This document shows positions 1 through 10,526 of a stretch of 24,000 nt of DNA, in pieces (within the stretch, counting starts at the first letter, position 1; every line of letters begins with the position of its first letter). The position numbers and the translations under genes are program-made. A model generated the notes under the pieces. It ran no database searches. It was not told the origin of the DNA and saw only the letters and a list, made by a program, of their open reading frames with translations. This stretch comes from an uncultured Desulfobacter sp. (GTDB taxonomy: Bacteria > Desulfobacterota > Desulfobacteria > Desulfobacterales > Desulfobacteraceae): assembly GCA_963677125.1 (NCBI GenBank), contig OY781882.1, positions 5,490,518 to 5,514,517 of the forward strand, in the 5' to 3' direction.

Positions 1-297
1 GCTTTTGTGTGAAAGCTCCCCAAGGGCAGTAAGAAAAATGACCGGTATCTCACGGGTGCGCTTTAACACTTTTAGCTGTTTACAGACCTGGTAGCCGTCT
101 ATACCCGGCATCATGATATCTAAAAGGATCAGGTCCGGCGGATCTTCAGCCGTCATTTCCAAGGCAGACTCTCCGTCTGTGGCGACTCTGATATCGTAGG
201 ATTCCCCTAAGATGTCCATCAGGAGGTCGATGTTTAATTTTGTATCATCCACTACCAGAATGACATCCTTTTCTTGCTTGTTTAAAAATTCAGTCAT
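1..297 (-). CDS. Response regulator, receiver domain (N-terminal part only; the gene runs off the left edge)
   Basis: Manual minus-strand translation from the ATG at 297-295 gives MTEFLNKQEKDVILVVDDTKLNIDLLMDILGESYDIRVATDGESALEMTAEDPPDLILLDIMMPGIDGYQVCKQLK..IPVIFLTAL. It has the acidic DD pair and the LLDIMMPG phospho-acceptor motif. About two-thirds of ~80 aligned residues match the receiver of the 5489-6601 protein by eye. The start overlaps the end of the upstream kinase gene by 8 nt (290-297). It is missing from the ORF track because it is truncated. Confidence 0.85.
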   Translation of the reverse strand, partial: MTEFLNKQEKDVILVVDDTKLNIDLLMDILGESYDIRVATDGESALEMTAEDPPDLILLDIMMPGIDGYQVCKQLKVLKRTREIPVIFLTALGELSHKS

Positions 298-3200
298 TGA
301 ATTGCTCCAGTTCGGATATTAGGGCGGTTAGCAGTGCGCCTGCCTCTTTGAACTTGTATTTACCAACCATGGTATTTAATTCTTCAAGCCTGGCCCTGTA
401 TTGATCCGGCCAGGTATAGCCGTTTATTTTTTCAAGACCCTCTTTAACCGGTTTTGGTTTGTGTTTTGTGATATGAGGCACAAGGGGTTTAAGAAATTCT
501 AATAAGTGTTGGGATTCGCCTTTTTCTAATGATTCGGATGGGCTGTTTTGTTCCGCTGTCCGGGTCAGGGGGGCCAGGGTTTCTAAAATCGTTTCAAGTT
601 CTTTTTTAAACTTTTGGCGCAGGGGTATGATTTGATCCGGGCCTGAGTTCGACCTCAGGCCGCTTTCCAAGTTTGCTGCAGTTGTTTGAAGGGGTTTTGC
701 GCCAATGGTTCCGGCCAGGCCTTTAACCGTATGTACCAACCGGCCGGCTGTCTCTTGGTCCCGGTCCAGAATCGCTTTTTCAAGTGCTGCTGCAGTCTCT
801 TGGTTCTCTGCATGAAACTTTGCCAATAAATGGATGTAGCGTTTTTTGTTTTGGCCCATCCTGGCCAGTCCCTGGGCAATATCAATGCCTTTTAAGGGCG
901 GCAGATTCGGTTCATCGTTTTGTGTTGTTTCGGCATTGGTTGCGTTGATGACGCGTTTGCCGGGTGTTATCCATTTGACCAGGACCCTGAAAAGTTCAGA
1001 CGGATTGATGGGCTTGGTGACATAGTCGTTCATTCCGATCGCGAGAACCTCGTCTTTTACGCCGCTCATGGCGTCGGCGGTCATGGCAATGATGGGCGGC
1101 TGTCCCCTCTCAAGGTCAAGACTGCGAATATGCCGGGTGGCCATCCTGCCGTCCATTACCGGCATCTGCAGGTCCATGAGTACGGCATCAAATGTTTGGG
1201 CGGATACCATGTCCACCCCGATCTGCCCGTTATCAGCCACCTCAACAAAAAAACCCTCTTGTTCAAGCAGTTCCACCGCCAGCTCTTGATTTATTTCATT
1301 GTCCTCAACCAACAAAAGCCTGGCACCCAGGATGTTGTTAAAATTTTCAGGCCGCTCTTCCTCTGTTTTTTTTCTGCGGCTCACGGAGCCCGATTCCTGT
1401 TGCCCAAAGGCCATCATTACCGCATCCAATAGCATGGAAGGCGTTATCGGCTTTGAAAGCACCGTATCAATGCCCAATGTGGCGGCTTGCACCATGACCG
1501 CCTGTCGATCATGGCTCGTTACCATGATAATCGAAGGACTCTTTTTGAGCCCCATATCCTGAACAATATGTCCGGCTGTCTCAATACCGTCTATACCAGG
1601 CATCTGCCGGTCCAGGATTATTAAATCATATTGGCCGGATTGGTCCTGTTCCGCTTTTTCCAGTTTTTCTATGGCGGCGCGGCCTGACAATGCGGCCTGC
1701 ACATCAAAAGAGAATGCCTCCAGATAACTGGTTATGACCCGGCAAAAGGTTTGATTATCGTCCACCACCAGGGTTTTTAAACCATTTAAGCCCTGGGGGA
1801 TGCATTGCTTCTTCTTTTTTTTCTGTCCGGTTCTGCCGAATTTGGCTGTGAACCGGAATGTGGAGCCCTTGCCCGGTTCACTGGTCACCCCGATGGTGCC
1901 GCCCATCAATTCACAGAGTCTTTTACAGATGGAAAGGCCTAAACCGGAACCGCCGTATCGCCTTGTGGTGGTGGTGTCTGCCTGGTGAAAGGCTTGAAAC
2001 AGTTTAGCCTGCTGCTCCCGGCTCAGGCCGATGCCTGTATCTCGTACCTCAAATTTAAGCACGGCTTCATGGGGCAGGATGTCTATCCCAGAGATGGATA
2101 CCTCAATTTCTCCTTTTTCAGTGAATTTAATTGCATTGTTGGCCAGATTCAGCAGGATTTGACCCAGTCGCAAGGGATCGCCTATGAGAAAAATCGGCAC
2201 GGTTGTATCCATGTTGAATATCAATTCCAGCCCCTTTTCCCGGGTTTTTCCCGCGATCAGCCCGGACAGGTTGTCAAGCACGGCGTTCAGGTTAAAATCA
2301 ATTTTTTCAATCGTCAGTTTGCCTGCCTCAATTTTGGAAAAATCAAGAATATCATTGATGATACCCAGAAGATTTTGGGCGGAAAGATGCACTTTTTCAA
2401 TGTAATTGCGTTGTTTTGCATTTAACTGTGTTTTTAATGTCAGGTGCGTCATGCCAAGGATCGCATTCATGGGGGTTCGGATTTCATGACTCATGTTGGC
2501 AAGGAAATCCGACTTGGCCCGTGTAGCTTCTTCGGCCTTTTCCTTGGCATTTATGACTTCCAGCTCCGCTTTCTTACGTTCCGTGATATCCATAAGCCAG
2601 GCTAGAATCCTTTGCCCGCCGTTATGGTTGAGCCGCACAAAACTGAGCATGACATCCATTATTTCCCCTGTTGCGCTGTACATCTGAAGCTCTTCATTGA
2701 CAACGGGTTCATTTCTATTCAACCTGTTGACTAATTCGTCCCGCTTGTGGGGGATTACATAGAGATTTGCCGGGCGTTCTCCTTTTCTCACCCCAAACAT
2801 TTCCACAAATTGGGGATTGCAGAAATCAAGCACTCCGTGAGTTGAAGAGGCAACGCCCACCGGACTGTTATCCAGAATCAGGCGAAGGTTTTTTTCTGAT
2901 GTTTTCAGGGCTTCTTCTGCGGCCTTTCGTTCAGAGATGTCCCTGATGGATGCCACCACCAAAATACCGGACCTGCTTTGTATGGGGCTTACGCTGATTT
3001 CCACGGGAATCAGAGCGCCTGTTTTGGCACGAATGGTTTGCTCCATACTGAATCTAACGGGTTTTGGGGGCGCAGTCTGATCAAGCAGTTTGGCTTTGAC
3101 CTCCTTCATGCAGGCGTGTGCTTGTTCCGGAAACAGTATATCCACCGTGGCACCCAAAAGTTCAGCTCTTTCATATCCAAACAACAGTTCTGTTTGGGAG

Positions 3201-5431
3201 TTGACCAGGATGATATCACTTTCTTCATCACAGGCCATCATTGCGTCAGGTGCCGATTCCAGCAGTGCTGAAAACAGTTCCTGGTTTTCTTTAAGTTCCA
3301 GGGTGCGCTCCGCCACCTTTTCTTCAAGGTCCGCTTTTGCCGCTTCAAGGGTTTTTCGGGTACGGTCGCCCAGGCTGAGGACCAGAAGAACGCAAAACAC
3401 GGAGAGGACCAGGGTCAGGCCGAGAATGATAAAAACGGCCGTTCGGATTTGATGGAATCCTGCCATGGCCTCTTCAATGTCTATCTCTGCTGCAAGGCCC
3501 AGGTCAAGGTCCGGATTCCAGAGCCAGACCCCGAAGACCGGAACGCCTCTGTAATCCCGGTAGCCTTGCATATTTTCTTCCATTGAAGAGGCTCCGTGCG
3601 TAATCTGTTTATCCGCCAGCCGACGCCGGAGCGCAAGGGCCTGTTTGGCCAAATGGGTCAAGGGCTGTTCCGATCGAGGTGTCTCTGTCTGAAACCCTTG
3701 GGTCAAATTCCCGCCCGGATCTCTAAGGTCAAGGGTCAACGCGCTTGATTCATACGATTTTAAAAGGCCTATCTCTTTAAGCTGAGCGTCGAACCGGCTT
3801 GGGGTGACCATTCTGCCGGTTTGGTCAAAGGCATAAATATCATCGGTTACCCATCGCCCAAAAGATCTCGTTAATTGTGTCAGATCTTTCAGGGGGGCGA
3901 TCGTAAGTGCGATAACCGCAATGATCTCGTCGTCGGGTCCTGCAACAGGACTGACCACCACCATGTCGGATTTTATTTTTGAATTGCTGCTGCCAATAGG
4001 GGGAATCATTGGGGGTATGAAAAGTGTTTCCCCCATAAATGCTCTTTTCAAGCGGCCCGGATACTGCAGTGATACCGGATGTCGTATGCCGATAGTTGAA
4101 TTGTCTGCGGCACCGATCACGAAATGATCCGGACTAATAATGCAAAAATCGGTATAGGAAAAGTCGGTGCCGTGGGTGGCAAAAAAAGTTCTGGCATCTT
4201 CCTGGGCTGCGGATGCCGTTGTTTGTTTTTCGGTGTAATAGTCATAAAGCAGCCGGCGGGTGATGCCGATAAGGGATGGCTTTTTAACTAGATGGTTTAT
4301 GGAGGCCTTTCGATCCATGATCCACATATCTGCTCTGTCTTGGGTTAACTCCAGCATCAGTCGCAGATGGGAGGTCATGTCCCTGATTGTGGAATCCCGG
4401 GTTTTTTCCATCATCAGCCATCCTAAACTCGATATGGTCAGCACAAAAAGGCATAGTCCTGCAACAACCAGCAGGCGAAACCGGGGAGTGCCGAACAGAA
4501 CCGCTACCCGCTCCTGGCCCATTCCTTTGGAAAGGATCAGGAGGATGACAAGGATGACGGCCGAAAAAACAGCGCTTAGTATGCCTATGGTTTTCGGCGT
4601 GATCGTTACAGGCGTTCGGTTCGAGTGGTCCGGTTCATCGGATAAGTTGACGTAATGATTTATGATTGATTGTTTCTGGGTTTCCGGTATGAGGTTTAAT
4701 GCCTTTTCAAGGATGCTCGCAAGTTCGGGCCGGTCCTTGGGCGCACCGATGGCGAGTATGGAACCTGGCCTGTTCAGTCTGCCATGGAACTTCAGGCTCC
4801 CCATGACCTCCTTTCCCATGATATAGGCTGCAACCGTCCGGTTGCCTACGTAAGCATCCGCTTCCGCCCTGGCTACTGCATCCAGAGCCAAAGCCGTATC
4901 GGGGTAAGTCTTTATTTTTATATCTGGATATTTTTGCTTGAAATAGGAGACGCTGTAAAAACCTTTTTCCAGGGCCAGGGTTTTTTGGGCCAGGTCTTTT
5001 TCCGATTCATAATAGGTCCCTTTTTTGGGGCCGACGATAACATGAGGGATGTTGAGATAAGGACTTGTGAAATTTAAGAATTTTTTTCTGTCCGGCCTGG
5101 GGGTGATGTCCATGATGGCATCCAGTTCCCCGTTCCTGACTTTCTGCAGATTTTCGGCAAAAGGCCCCGGCACCACCATCAGCCGACCGCCCAAAGAGTG
5201 ATTCATTGCCTTGATATAGTCAATACCGATACCGGCCGGGGTGCCTGTGCTGTCGATGAAATCCATGGGCGGCCATGCATCCATGACGCCGATTGTGATT
5301 CGGGGATGTGCCGTAAGCCATTTTACTTCTTTGCCCGTAAGGTTTTGCAACGGTTTTGCCACGCTTTGCAACGGGAGTGTAAAAAGTATGAGTATGACTA
5401 AGCAGACGATATGTTTTTTTATCTTTCTCAT
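290..5431 (-). CDS. Giant hybrid sensor histidine kinase: signal peptide, periplasmic solute-binding (SBP_bac_3-like) domain, TM pair, second extracytoplasmic Cache/PDC-like domain, TM, 2x PAS, HisKA, HATPase_c, REC, REC, Hpt
   Basis: 1713 aa ORF. N-terminal signal/TM: HIVCLVILILFTLPLQSVA. SBP-like block: ITIGVMDAWPPMDFID..GIGIDYIKA..LDAIMDITP. Hydrophobic helices: ILSAVFSAVILVILLILS, LLVVAGLCLFVLTISSLGWLMM and AVFIILGLTLVLSVFCVLLVLSL. YRDYRGVPVFGVWLW just before the last TM is typical of PDC/Cache sensors. H-box [16 protein letters not shown] boxes NLANNAIKFT, DTGIGL, GGSGLGLSI. Two receivers: VVDDN..LIILDRQMPGIDG and [23 protein letters not shown]. Hpt motif HTVKGLAGTIGA. Confidence 0.95.
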   Translation of the reverse strand: MRKIKKHIVCLVILILFTLPLQSVAKPLQNLTGKEVKWLTAHPRITIGVMDAWPPMDFIDSTGTPAGIGIDYIKAMNHSLGGRLMVVPGPFAENLQKVRNGELDAIMDITPRPDRKKFLNFTSPYLNIPHVIVGPKKGTYYESEKDLAQKTLALEKGFYSVSYFKQKYPDIKIKTYPDTALALDAVARAEADAYVGNRTVAAYIMGKEVMGSLKFHGRLNRPGSILAIGAPKDRPELASILEKALNLIPETQKQSIINHYVNLSDEPDHSNRTPVTITPKTIGILSAVFSAVILVILLILSKGMGQERVAVLFGTPRFRLLVVAGLCLFVLTISSLGWLMMEKTRDSTIRDMTSHLRLMLELTQDRADMWIMDRKASINHLVKKPSLIGITRRLLYDYYTEKQTTASAAQEDARTFFATHGTDFSYTDFCIISPDHFVIGAADNSTIGIRHPVSLQYPGRLKRAFMGETLFIPPMIPPIGSSNSKIKSDMVVVSPVAGPDDEIIAVIALTIAPLKDLTQLTRSFGRWVTDDIYAFDQTGRMVTPSRFDAQLKEIGLLKSYESSALTLDLRDPGGNLTQGFQTETPRSEQPLTHLAKQALALRRRLADKQITHGASSMEENMQGYRDYRGVPVFGVWLWNPDLDLGLAAEIDIEEAMAGFHQIRTAVFIILGLTLVLSVFCVLLVLSLGDRTRKTLEAAKADLEEKVAERTLELKENQELFSALLESAPDAMMACDEESDIILVNSQTELLFGYERAELLGATVDILFPEQAHACMKEVKAKLLDQTAPPKPVRFSMEQTIRAKTGALIPVEISVSPIQSRSGILVVASIRDISERKAAEEALKTSEKNLRLILDNSPVGVASSTHGVLDFCNPQFVEMFGVRKGERPANLYVIPHKRDELVNRLNRNEPVVNEELQMYSATGEIMDVMLSFVRLNHNGGQRILAWLMDITERKKAELEVINAKEKAEEATRAKSDFLANMSHEIRTPMNAILGMTHLTLKTQLNAKQRNYIEKVHLSAQNLLGIINDILDFSKIEAGKLTIEKIDFNLNAVLDNLSGLIAGKTREKGLELIFNMDTTVPIFLIGDPLRLGQILLNLANNAIKFTEKGEIEVSISGIDILPHEAVLKFEVRDTGIGLSREQQAKLFQAFHQADTTTTRRYGGSGLGLSICKRLCELMGGTIGVTSEPGKGSTFRFTAKFGRTGQKKKKKQCIPQGLNGLKTLVVDDNQTFCRVITSYLEAFSFDVQAALSGRAAIEKLEKAEQDQSGQYDLIILDRQMPGIDGIETAGHIVQDMGLKKSPSIIMVTSHDRQAVMVQAATLGIDTVLSKPITPSMLLDAVMMAFGQQESGSVSRRKKTEEERPENFNNILGARLLLVEDNEINQELAVELLEQEGFFVEVADNGQIGVDMVSAQTFDAVLMDLQMPVMDGRMATRHIRSLDLERGQPPIIAMTADAMSGVKDEVLAIGMNDYVTKPINPSELFRVLVKWITPGKRVINATNAETTQNDEPNLPPLKGIDIAQGLARMGQNKKRYIHLLAKFHAENQETAAALEKAILDRDQETAGRLVHTVKGLAGTIGAKPLQTTAANLESGLRSNSGPDQIIPLRQKFKKELETILETLAPLTRTAEQNSPSESLEKGESQHLLEFLKPLVPHITKHKPKPVKEGLEKINGYTWPDQYRARLEELNTMVGKYKFKEAGALLTALISELEQFND

Positions 5432-5488
5432 TACAGATTCCCTAAGGGCATTGGCGTGTAATTTTAACTATGGGTTGATCTGGGGTAT

Positions 5489-6601
5489 TTATTCATTTTC
5501 GGTTGTTTTTTCTCCGGTAAGCGCCTGTTTTTCCTCTTGGGAATCGGCCAGTGAAGAGGCGATTTGTAAAAATTCGTCTTCAATCGTTGAAAGCATTTCC
5601 ACCATTACCGGGTCAAAATGGGTACCACTTTCTTTAGTTATAATATCCATGGCTTTGGCATGGCTGAAGGGCGGTTTATAGACCCGTTTGGAAATCAGGG
5701 CATCGTAGACATCCGCAATGGCCATCAGTCGTCCGGAAACAGGAATATCTTCCCCCCTAAGGCCGTTGGGGTAACCTGAACCGTCCCATTTTTCATGGTG
5801 GGTGTAGGCGATTCTTCGGGCATACTGCATAAATGAGTTATTTCCCAGTTTTTCTTCTGCAATTTTAAGGGCATCTCTGCCGTATATGGTATGGTTTTTC
5901 ATCTCTTCAAACTCTTCATCGGTAAGTTTACCGGGCTTGAGAAGGATGCTGTCGGCCACCCCGACTTTGCCGATATCATGGAGTGGCGCTGATTTGTAGA
6001 GCAGGTCAATCACCTCGTCGGTCAATATTTGTTCGAACGTCGGCACTGTTTTGAGCCGGCGGGCAAGAGCGCGAACGTACCGCTGGGTTCTCAGGATATG
6101 CCCCCCGGTTTCAGGGTCCCGGGTCTCGGCCAGACTGGCCAGGCTATATATGGTGACTTCCTGGGTCAGTGCCAGTTCCTTTGTTCTCAACGCCACCAGT
6201 TCCTGGAGATGGTCCTGGTGTTTTTTCAGTTCCAACTGGTTTGATACCCGGGCTTTGACCAGTTCGGGCGAAAAGGGTTTGGTCACGTAATCCACTGCCC
6301 CGAGTGCCAGTCCTTTGGCTTCGTTTTGTTCGTCTGCCATGGCCGTTAAAAAGATGACCGGGATATCGTGGGTCAACGGGTCATCTTTTAGACGCCGGCA
6401 CACCTCATAGCCGTCCATGCCGGGCATCATGATGTCAAGCAGAATAATATCGGGCTTTTCTTCTGCCACGTTTTCCAGTGCGGATTCTCCGTCCAGGGCC
6501 ACCTGGATGTCGTAGGTGTCCCCCAATGTTTCCATCAATATATCGATATTGGTCTCGGTATCATCCACAATTAAAATGGTCGATTGTTCGTTTTCTTCCA
6601 T
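5489..6601 (-). CDS. Response regulator with HD-GYP output domain (RpfG-type c-di-GMP phosphodiesterase)
   Basis: 370 aa ORF. Receiver: ILIVDDTETN..IILLDIMMPGMDG..VIFLTA..VTKPF. HD-GYP domain: ETGGHILRTQRY, APLHDIGKVGV, HHEKWDGSGYPNGL. Confidence 0.93.
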   Translation of the reverse strand: MEENEQSTILIVDDTETNIDILMETLGDTYDIQVALDGESALENVAEEKPDIILLDIMMPGMDGYEVCRRLKDDPLTHDIPVIFLTAMADEQNEAKGLALGAVDYVTKPFSPELVKARVSNQLELKKHQDHLQELVALRTKELALTQEVTIYSLASLAETRDPETGGHILRTQRYVRALARRLKTVPTFEQILTDEVIDLLYKSAPLHDIGKVGVADSILLKPGKLTDEEFEEMKNHTIYGRDALKIAEEKLGNNSFMQYARRIAYTHHEKWDGSGYPNGLRGEDIPVSGRLMAIADVYDALISKRVYKPPFSHAKAMDIITKESGTHFDPVMVEMLSTIEDEFLQIASSLADSQEEKQALTGEKTTENE

Positions 6602-6628
6602 TGTGTTTCTCCTGGTTCTCGTATCTTT

Positions 6629-9478
6629 TTAGGTGTTTTTTTCTTGATGTGTTTGAAGCTTTTCGTGAACAGCCTCGGCAATGGGCAAAATTTCTTTAAA
6701 TTTATAGCGGCCGGCAAGTTTGTTGATTTTTTGAAGATCATTTAAAAACGCTTTTGGCCATCCCAGCGTATTGATTTTAGCTACATTGAGTTTTATCTGT
6801 TTGGCCTGACGTTTTTTCAGAAAAGGGATCAGCCGTTCAATGCATTGAATCAGTTCCGTGGTATCCGCGATTTTGGATGGAATGCTCAACGGTGTTTCCT
6901 CTTGCTTCAGTACGGCGAGCCCCTCCTGAACGATGGCCATTTCCTGAGCAAACCGTGCCATCTCTTTTTTATCCGGCAGTTCCTGGTTTGGGTTGGATTT
7001 CAGTTTAGCCTCAACAACCTGTGCTGCTGCCTGAAGTTTTTTCGCCCCCAGATTTCCGGCAACACCCTTGATGGAGTGCGCCAGGCGCCGGGCGTCTTCA
7101 AAGGCATTTTCTTTTATCAATGAATCGAGCTGTTCTGCCGCATCTGCATAATCTCTTTTAACTTTCAGCAGTAAGTGTTTGTATAATTTTTTATTGTTGT
7201 TGATTCGGTCTAACCCCTGGACCATATCAATGCCCGGCAGCGATTCCGGCAATCCATCAAAGGTCTGTTCATCCTTTTGGACTTCGGATTGGGCTTCTGA
7301 TTGTTCTGGGGCCGGAACAGGCAGGGGGACGTCTCTTTTTGCAGGCTTTATCCATTGGACCAATGCCTTGAACAACTCCTGCGGATTGATGGGTTTGGTG
7401 ACATGTTCCTGCATGCCGACTTTAAGGCTTTTTTCCCGGTCTCCGGACATGGCATGGGCGGTCATGGCAATAATGGGAAGGGTTTGGGCCGTTTTTACCT
7501 CTCTGATCTTTTTTGTCGCCTCCATGCCGCCCATCACCGGCATTTGGATGTCCATTAAAACCAGGTCATAATTTTTTTCAAGGGCTGCATGAACCCCCTC
7601 TTTCCCATTGTCGGCAACGTCCACAATCAAGCCCGCCCCCTGTAGAATTTCCACCGCAACCTCCTGGTTGATCTCATTGTCTTCCACCAGAAGAATCCGC
7701 GCGCCACGGATTTGTTCAATTTTCCGGTGATAGGGCTGCTGGTCACGGCGTGATTTGATTTGAATCCTTCGGCCAAAGGCGACCATGATGGCATCAAACA
7801 GCTCAGACTGAGTAACAGGTTTGACAATGATGCCGTCTAACCCCACTCCCTTTGACTGCTCTCCCGCTTCAGTGCGGTCATAGGCTGTTGCCATAATGAT
7901 TTTGGGTTTTGGTTCAAGATTGGGTAATGCCATGATTGCCCGAGTGGTCTCCACGCCGTCCATGCCCGGCATCTGCCAGTCAATGAGCATCATTTGAAAC
8001 GGATCTGTCTTTGAATCGCGTTGAATCAGATCAATGGCGTCGGCGCCAGTGGATAGGCTGACCGTCCTGAATCCCATGGCCCCCAGATATGATTCGAATA
8101 TTTCCCGGGCTGTGGCATTGTCATCCACCACCAATACCCGCATTTGGTGCAGTTGATCATCGGTTTCAACCTGTTTGAACGTCATGTTGTTGTCCGAAAT
8201 GCCGAATCGTGCCGTAAAAAAGAACGTTGATCCTTTTCCGCATTCAGAAGAGACGCCGATGTTCCCTCCCATCATTTCAGCCAAGCGTTTTGAAATGGTC
8301 AGCCCCAGGCCTGTTCCGCCATACTTGCGGGTGGTGGATGTGTCCGCCTGGGAAAATGCCTGGAATAAATTGCTTTGCTGCTCTTTTGTCATGCCGATGC
8401 CGGTGTCTTTAACGGAGAACTTGAGCAGGACACTCTGTTCATACCGTTTGGCAATGCGACATGTCATGAGCACTTCCCCTTTTTCCGTGAATTTGGCGGC
8501 ATTGCCGGCCAGATTCACCAGAATCTGTTTCAGGCGCAAGGGATCGCCTGTCAACATCTTGGGCAAATTCGGGGCAATTCGTACAAGCAGTTCCAATCCC
8601 TTTTCCGATGTTTTGACCGCTGCCAGATCCGAGGCTTGTGACATGACCGAATCAATTGAAAAATCCACTGACTCCATATCCAGTTTACCCGCTTCGATTT
8701 TGGAAAAATCCAGAATATCATTGATTAATCCCAAAAGGGCATTGGCGGCCCCGTCGATTTTGTTCAAATAATCGGTCTGTTTGGGGGTCAATTCAGTTTT
8801 AAGCGCCAGGTGGGTCATACCGATGATGGCGTTCATGGGTGTTCTGATTTCATGGCTCATGTTGGCCAGAAAATCACTTTTGGCCTGGGTGGCGGATTCC
8901 GCCTGTTTTTTGGCTTCATCAAGATCGTCCATGATGTTGAGCATGGCGCGTTTGGCCCTGGCCAGCTCCGCCACCTGATTTTTAAGTTCCAGGGTCGCCA
9001 TTTTTGTTTTTTGCTGGGCTTCTTTGAGTTCCTGATTTTTTTTTAACAAGTCATGGAGCAGCTCTTCTTTTAGGGGCGCTCCCAGCATCTCCCGGGTCTT
9101 TTCAATCAGGGATTGCGACAGAGAAAAGTCCGGATCCGGCAGTTTTTTTTCGCCGGTAAAGCATGTCTGGTCTCCATTGATCCCGGATACATCGCTATGG
9201 CTGAAATAGCTTGCGGCCAACGTTTTTTTGACGTGATCAAACGGTTCGATTCTGACGTGTATGGCATGCCCGTATTCCTGACGTTCCAATAAGATTTCGG
9301 CCTGTGTTTTTTTATCTTTGTGCTCATCTTCCCACGAGATCAACTCCGTGAAAATCGTTGCGAATTTAGCAGCCTGAATGTCATCGAATCCAAACCAGGT
9401 TGACATTTCGAAAAGTTTTAACCCGGTTTCTTTCAACCCTGATTTTGTACCCAATGAGAATTTTCCAAGTTCGATCAT
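6629..9478 (-). CDS. Cytoplasmic hybrid histidine kinase: unassigned ~130 aa N-domain, coiled coil, HisKA, HATPase_c, REC, REC, Hpt
   Basis: The ORF track starts at 9502. The ATG at 9478-9476 forms an ATGA overlap with the rsbX-like stop (9477-9475), so [10 protein letters not shown].. is the more likely start. No hydrophobic TM segment is present. H-box [39 protein letters not shown]. Receivers: [21 protein letters not shown] and [23 protein letters not shown]. Hpt motif [12 protein letters not shown]. Confidence 0.9.
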   Translation of the reverse strand: MIELGKFSLGTKSGLKETGLKLFEMSTWFGFDDIQAAKFATIFTELISWEDEHKDKKTQAEILLERQEYGHAIHVRIEPFDHVKKTLAASYFSHSDVSGINGDQTCFTGEKKLPDPDFSLSQSLIEKTREMLGAPLKEELLHDLLKKNQELKEAQQKTKMATLELKNQVAELARAKRAMLNIMDDLDEAKKQAESATQAKSDFLANMSHEIRTPMNAIIGMTHLALKTELTPKQTDYLNKIDGAANALLGLINDILDFSKIEAGKLDMESVDFSIDSVMSQASDLAAVKTSEKGLELLVRIAPNLPKMLTGDPLRLKQILVNLAGNAAKFTEKGEVLMTCRIAKRYEQSVLLKFSVKDTGIGMTKEQQSNLFQAFSQADTSTTRKYGGTGLGLTISKRLAEMMGGNIGVSSECGKGSTFFFTARFGISDNNMTFKQVETDDQLHQMRVLVVDDNATAREIFESYLGAMGFRTVSLSTGADAIDLIQRDSKTDPFQMMLIDWQMPGMDGVETTRAIMALPNLEPKPKIIMATAYDRTEAGEQSKGVGLDGIIVKPVTQSELFDAIMVAFGRRIQIKSRRDQQPYHRKIEQIRGARILLVEDNEINQEVAVEILQGAGLIVDVADNGKEGVHAALEKNYDLVLMDIQMPVMGGMEATKKIREVKTAQTLPIIAMTAHAMSGDREKSLKVGMQEHVTKPINPQELFKALVQWIKPAKRDVPLPVPAPEQSEAQSEVQKDEQTFDGLPESLPGIDMVQGLDRINNNKKLYKHLLLKVKRDYADAAEQLDSLIKENAFEDARRLAHSIKGVAGNLGAKKLQAAAQVVEAKLKSNPNQELPDKKEMARFAQEMAIVQEGLAVLKQEETPLSIPSKIADTTELIQCIERLIPFLKKRQAKQIKLNVAKINTLGWPKAFLNDLQKINKLAGRYKFKEILPIAEAVHEKLQTHQEKNT

Positions 9479-10074
9479 ACGCCGACCCTCAATACAATGC
9501 ATGATAGATCATCAGATCCTTTCCCAAGATTGGTGATGAAATTGTTGCAGATATCCTCGGCACGGCCCGTGGTGATGCCTGGGTAGGCATTGGGATCAAA
9601 GTGTTCTTTGATCCCGTCAGAGGTCATAACCAGAATATCTCCGGGCATCATCCGGGTTTCGGACTGGGCAGGGGAGGGCATCATATAGCCCACAATGCCG
9701 TCTTTTGTGACAAGGGTTACCTGGCTTGTTCCGAATAATCGCAGATGAATATTCCCCATTCCTGAATATTGAAGCATCCCCGTGTCTATATCGAGTCTGC
9801 AGGCGGCCGCCACGGCACCCCGGGTTCCCTTTAAACACTGATGCAGACCGTTGATAATTTCGGTCAACGGCTTTGAATAATTTTGGGCCAGGTACTCTTT
9901 TGAAAGCCGTGCCACTTGCGCCGCATGTTTTCCATGTCCGAGCACATCCACCAGGGCAAGGAAACAAAAATTGTCGTACGCTTTGACAAAGCCGATATCC
10001 CCACACTCGTCCGGCTCTCCGGTCAACGCTTTTTTTTCTATGTGAAAATCAATGATCTGCCCGTTTAGTCTCAT
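9475..10074 (-). CDS. rsbX: PP2C/SpoIIE-family serine phosphatase, RsbX-like
   Basis: ~199 aa. Motifs align with B. subtilis RsbX from memory: [51 protein letters not shown]. The track start at 10077 is a TTG; the adjacent ATG at 10074 is used here. The gene sits directly after the RsbT-like gene. Confidence 0.85.
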   Translation of the reverse strand: MRLNGQIIDFHIEKKALTGEPDECGDIGFVKAYDNFCFLALVDVLGHGKHAAQVARLSKEYLAQNYSKPLTEIINGLHQCLKGTRGAVAAACRLDIDTGMLQYSGMGNIHLRLFGTSQVTLVTKDGIVGYMMPSPAQSETRMMPGDILVMTSDGIKEHFDPNAYPGITTGRAEDICNNFITNLGKGSDDLSCIVLRVGV

Positions 10075-10077
10075 CAA

Positions 10078-10500
10078 TTAATCCATCCATTTGATTGCTG
10101 TTATCTGAGTGCCCACACCGGGTGTCGATCGAATCTGAAAATCATCCATAATCCGCTTTACACTGGGCAGGCCGAGTCCAAGTCCGTTTCCGGAACTGTA
10201 GTTTTCTTTCATGGCCATTTTCATATTGTTTATGCCTGGACCCTGATCCTGGGCATTGACCTTAAACCCTATCTTGTCACCACGGTGAATGATGCTTAAG
10301 GTAATTTTTCCCTTTCGCGCATACCGGATAATATTGGTGGATAATTCTGAAACCGCTGAAGCAATCAAATACTGTGCTGTTTCTCCAAAATGCATTTCAG
10401 CTAAAATTTTTCTGGCACTGTACACGACCTGGGCGTTGTCCGAGGGCTCATATAAATCAAAGGTCACCCGTTCATCTATAAAATTCATGGTATTTATCAT
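10078..10500 (-). CDS. rsbT: RsbT-like serine protein kinase (GHKL/HATPase_c, anti-sigma-factor-kinase type)
   Basis: N-box SELSTNIIRYA, G1 DQGPGI, G2 GNGLGLGLPSVKR. Size is ~140 aa from the ATG at 10500 (MINTMNFIDE..), close to the size of RsbT. The track start is a GTG at 10554 that would overlap the rsbS-like gene by 28 nt, so the start is uncertain. Confidence 0.85.
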   Translation of the reverse strand: MINTMNFIDERVTFDLYEPSDNAQVVYSARKILAEMHFGETAQYLIASAVSELSTNIIRYARKGKITLSIIHRGDKIGFKVNAQDQGPGINNMKMAMKENYSSGNGLGLGLPSVKRIMDDFQIRSTPGVGTQITAIKWMD

Positions 10501-10526
10501 CAAGTTCAGGCCCTTTCCGGCAATAT

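Noticed and set aside
1815-1822. A8/T8 homopolymer tract inside the giant kinase gene, as a possible slipped-strand phase-variation site.
   Set aside because: It encodes an in-frame Lys-rich interdomain linker (QKKKKKQ). Nothing indicates frameshifted variants, and tracts of 8 nt are common by chance in AT-leaning genomes.
655-5681. About 15 ORF-track entries of 60-170 aa, nested in or antisense to the 1713 aa kinase gene (e.g. 655-885, 920-1432, 1985-2425, 4260-4655, 5241-5681).
   Set aside because: They lie entirely within, or mostly opposite, a long ORF with unmistakable domain signatures. Their translations are low-complexity with no motifs, which is the typical pattern of shadow ORFs.
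9479-9502. An upstream ATG at 9502 that would extend the second kinase by 8 codons (MHCIEGRR).
   Set aside because: The internal ATG at 9478 forms a classic ATGA overlap with the upstream stop. The extension would lie inside the rsbX-like coding region. I could not decide this definitively.
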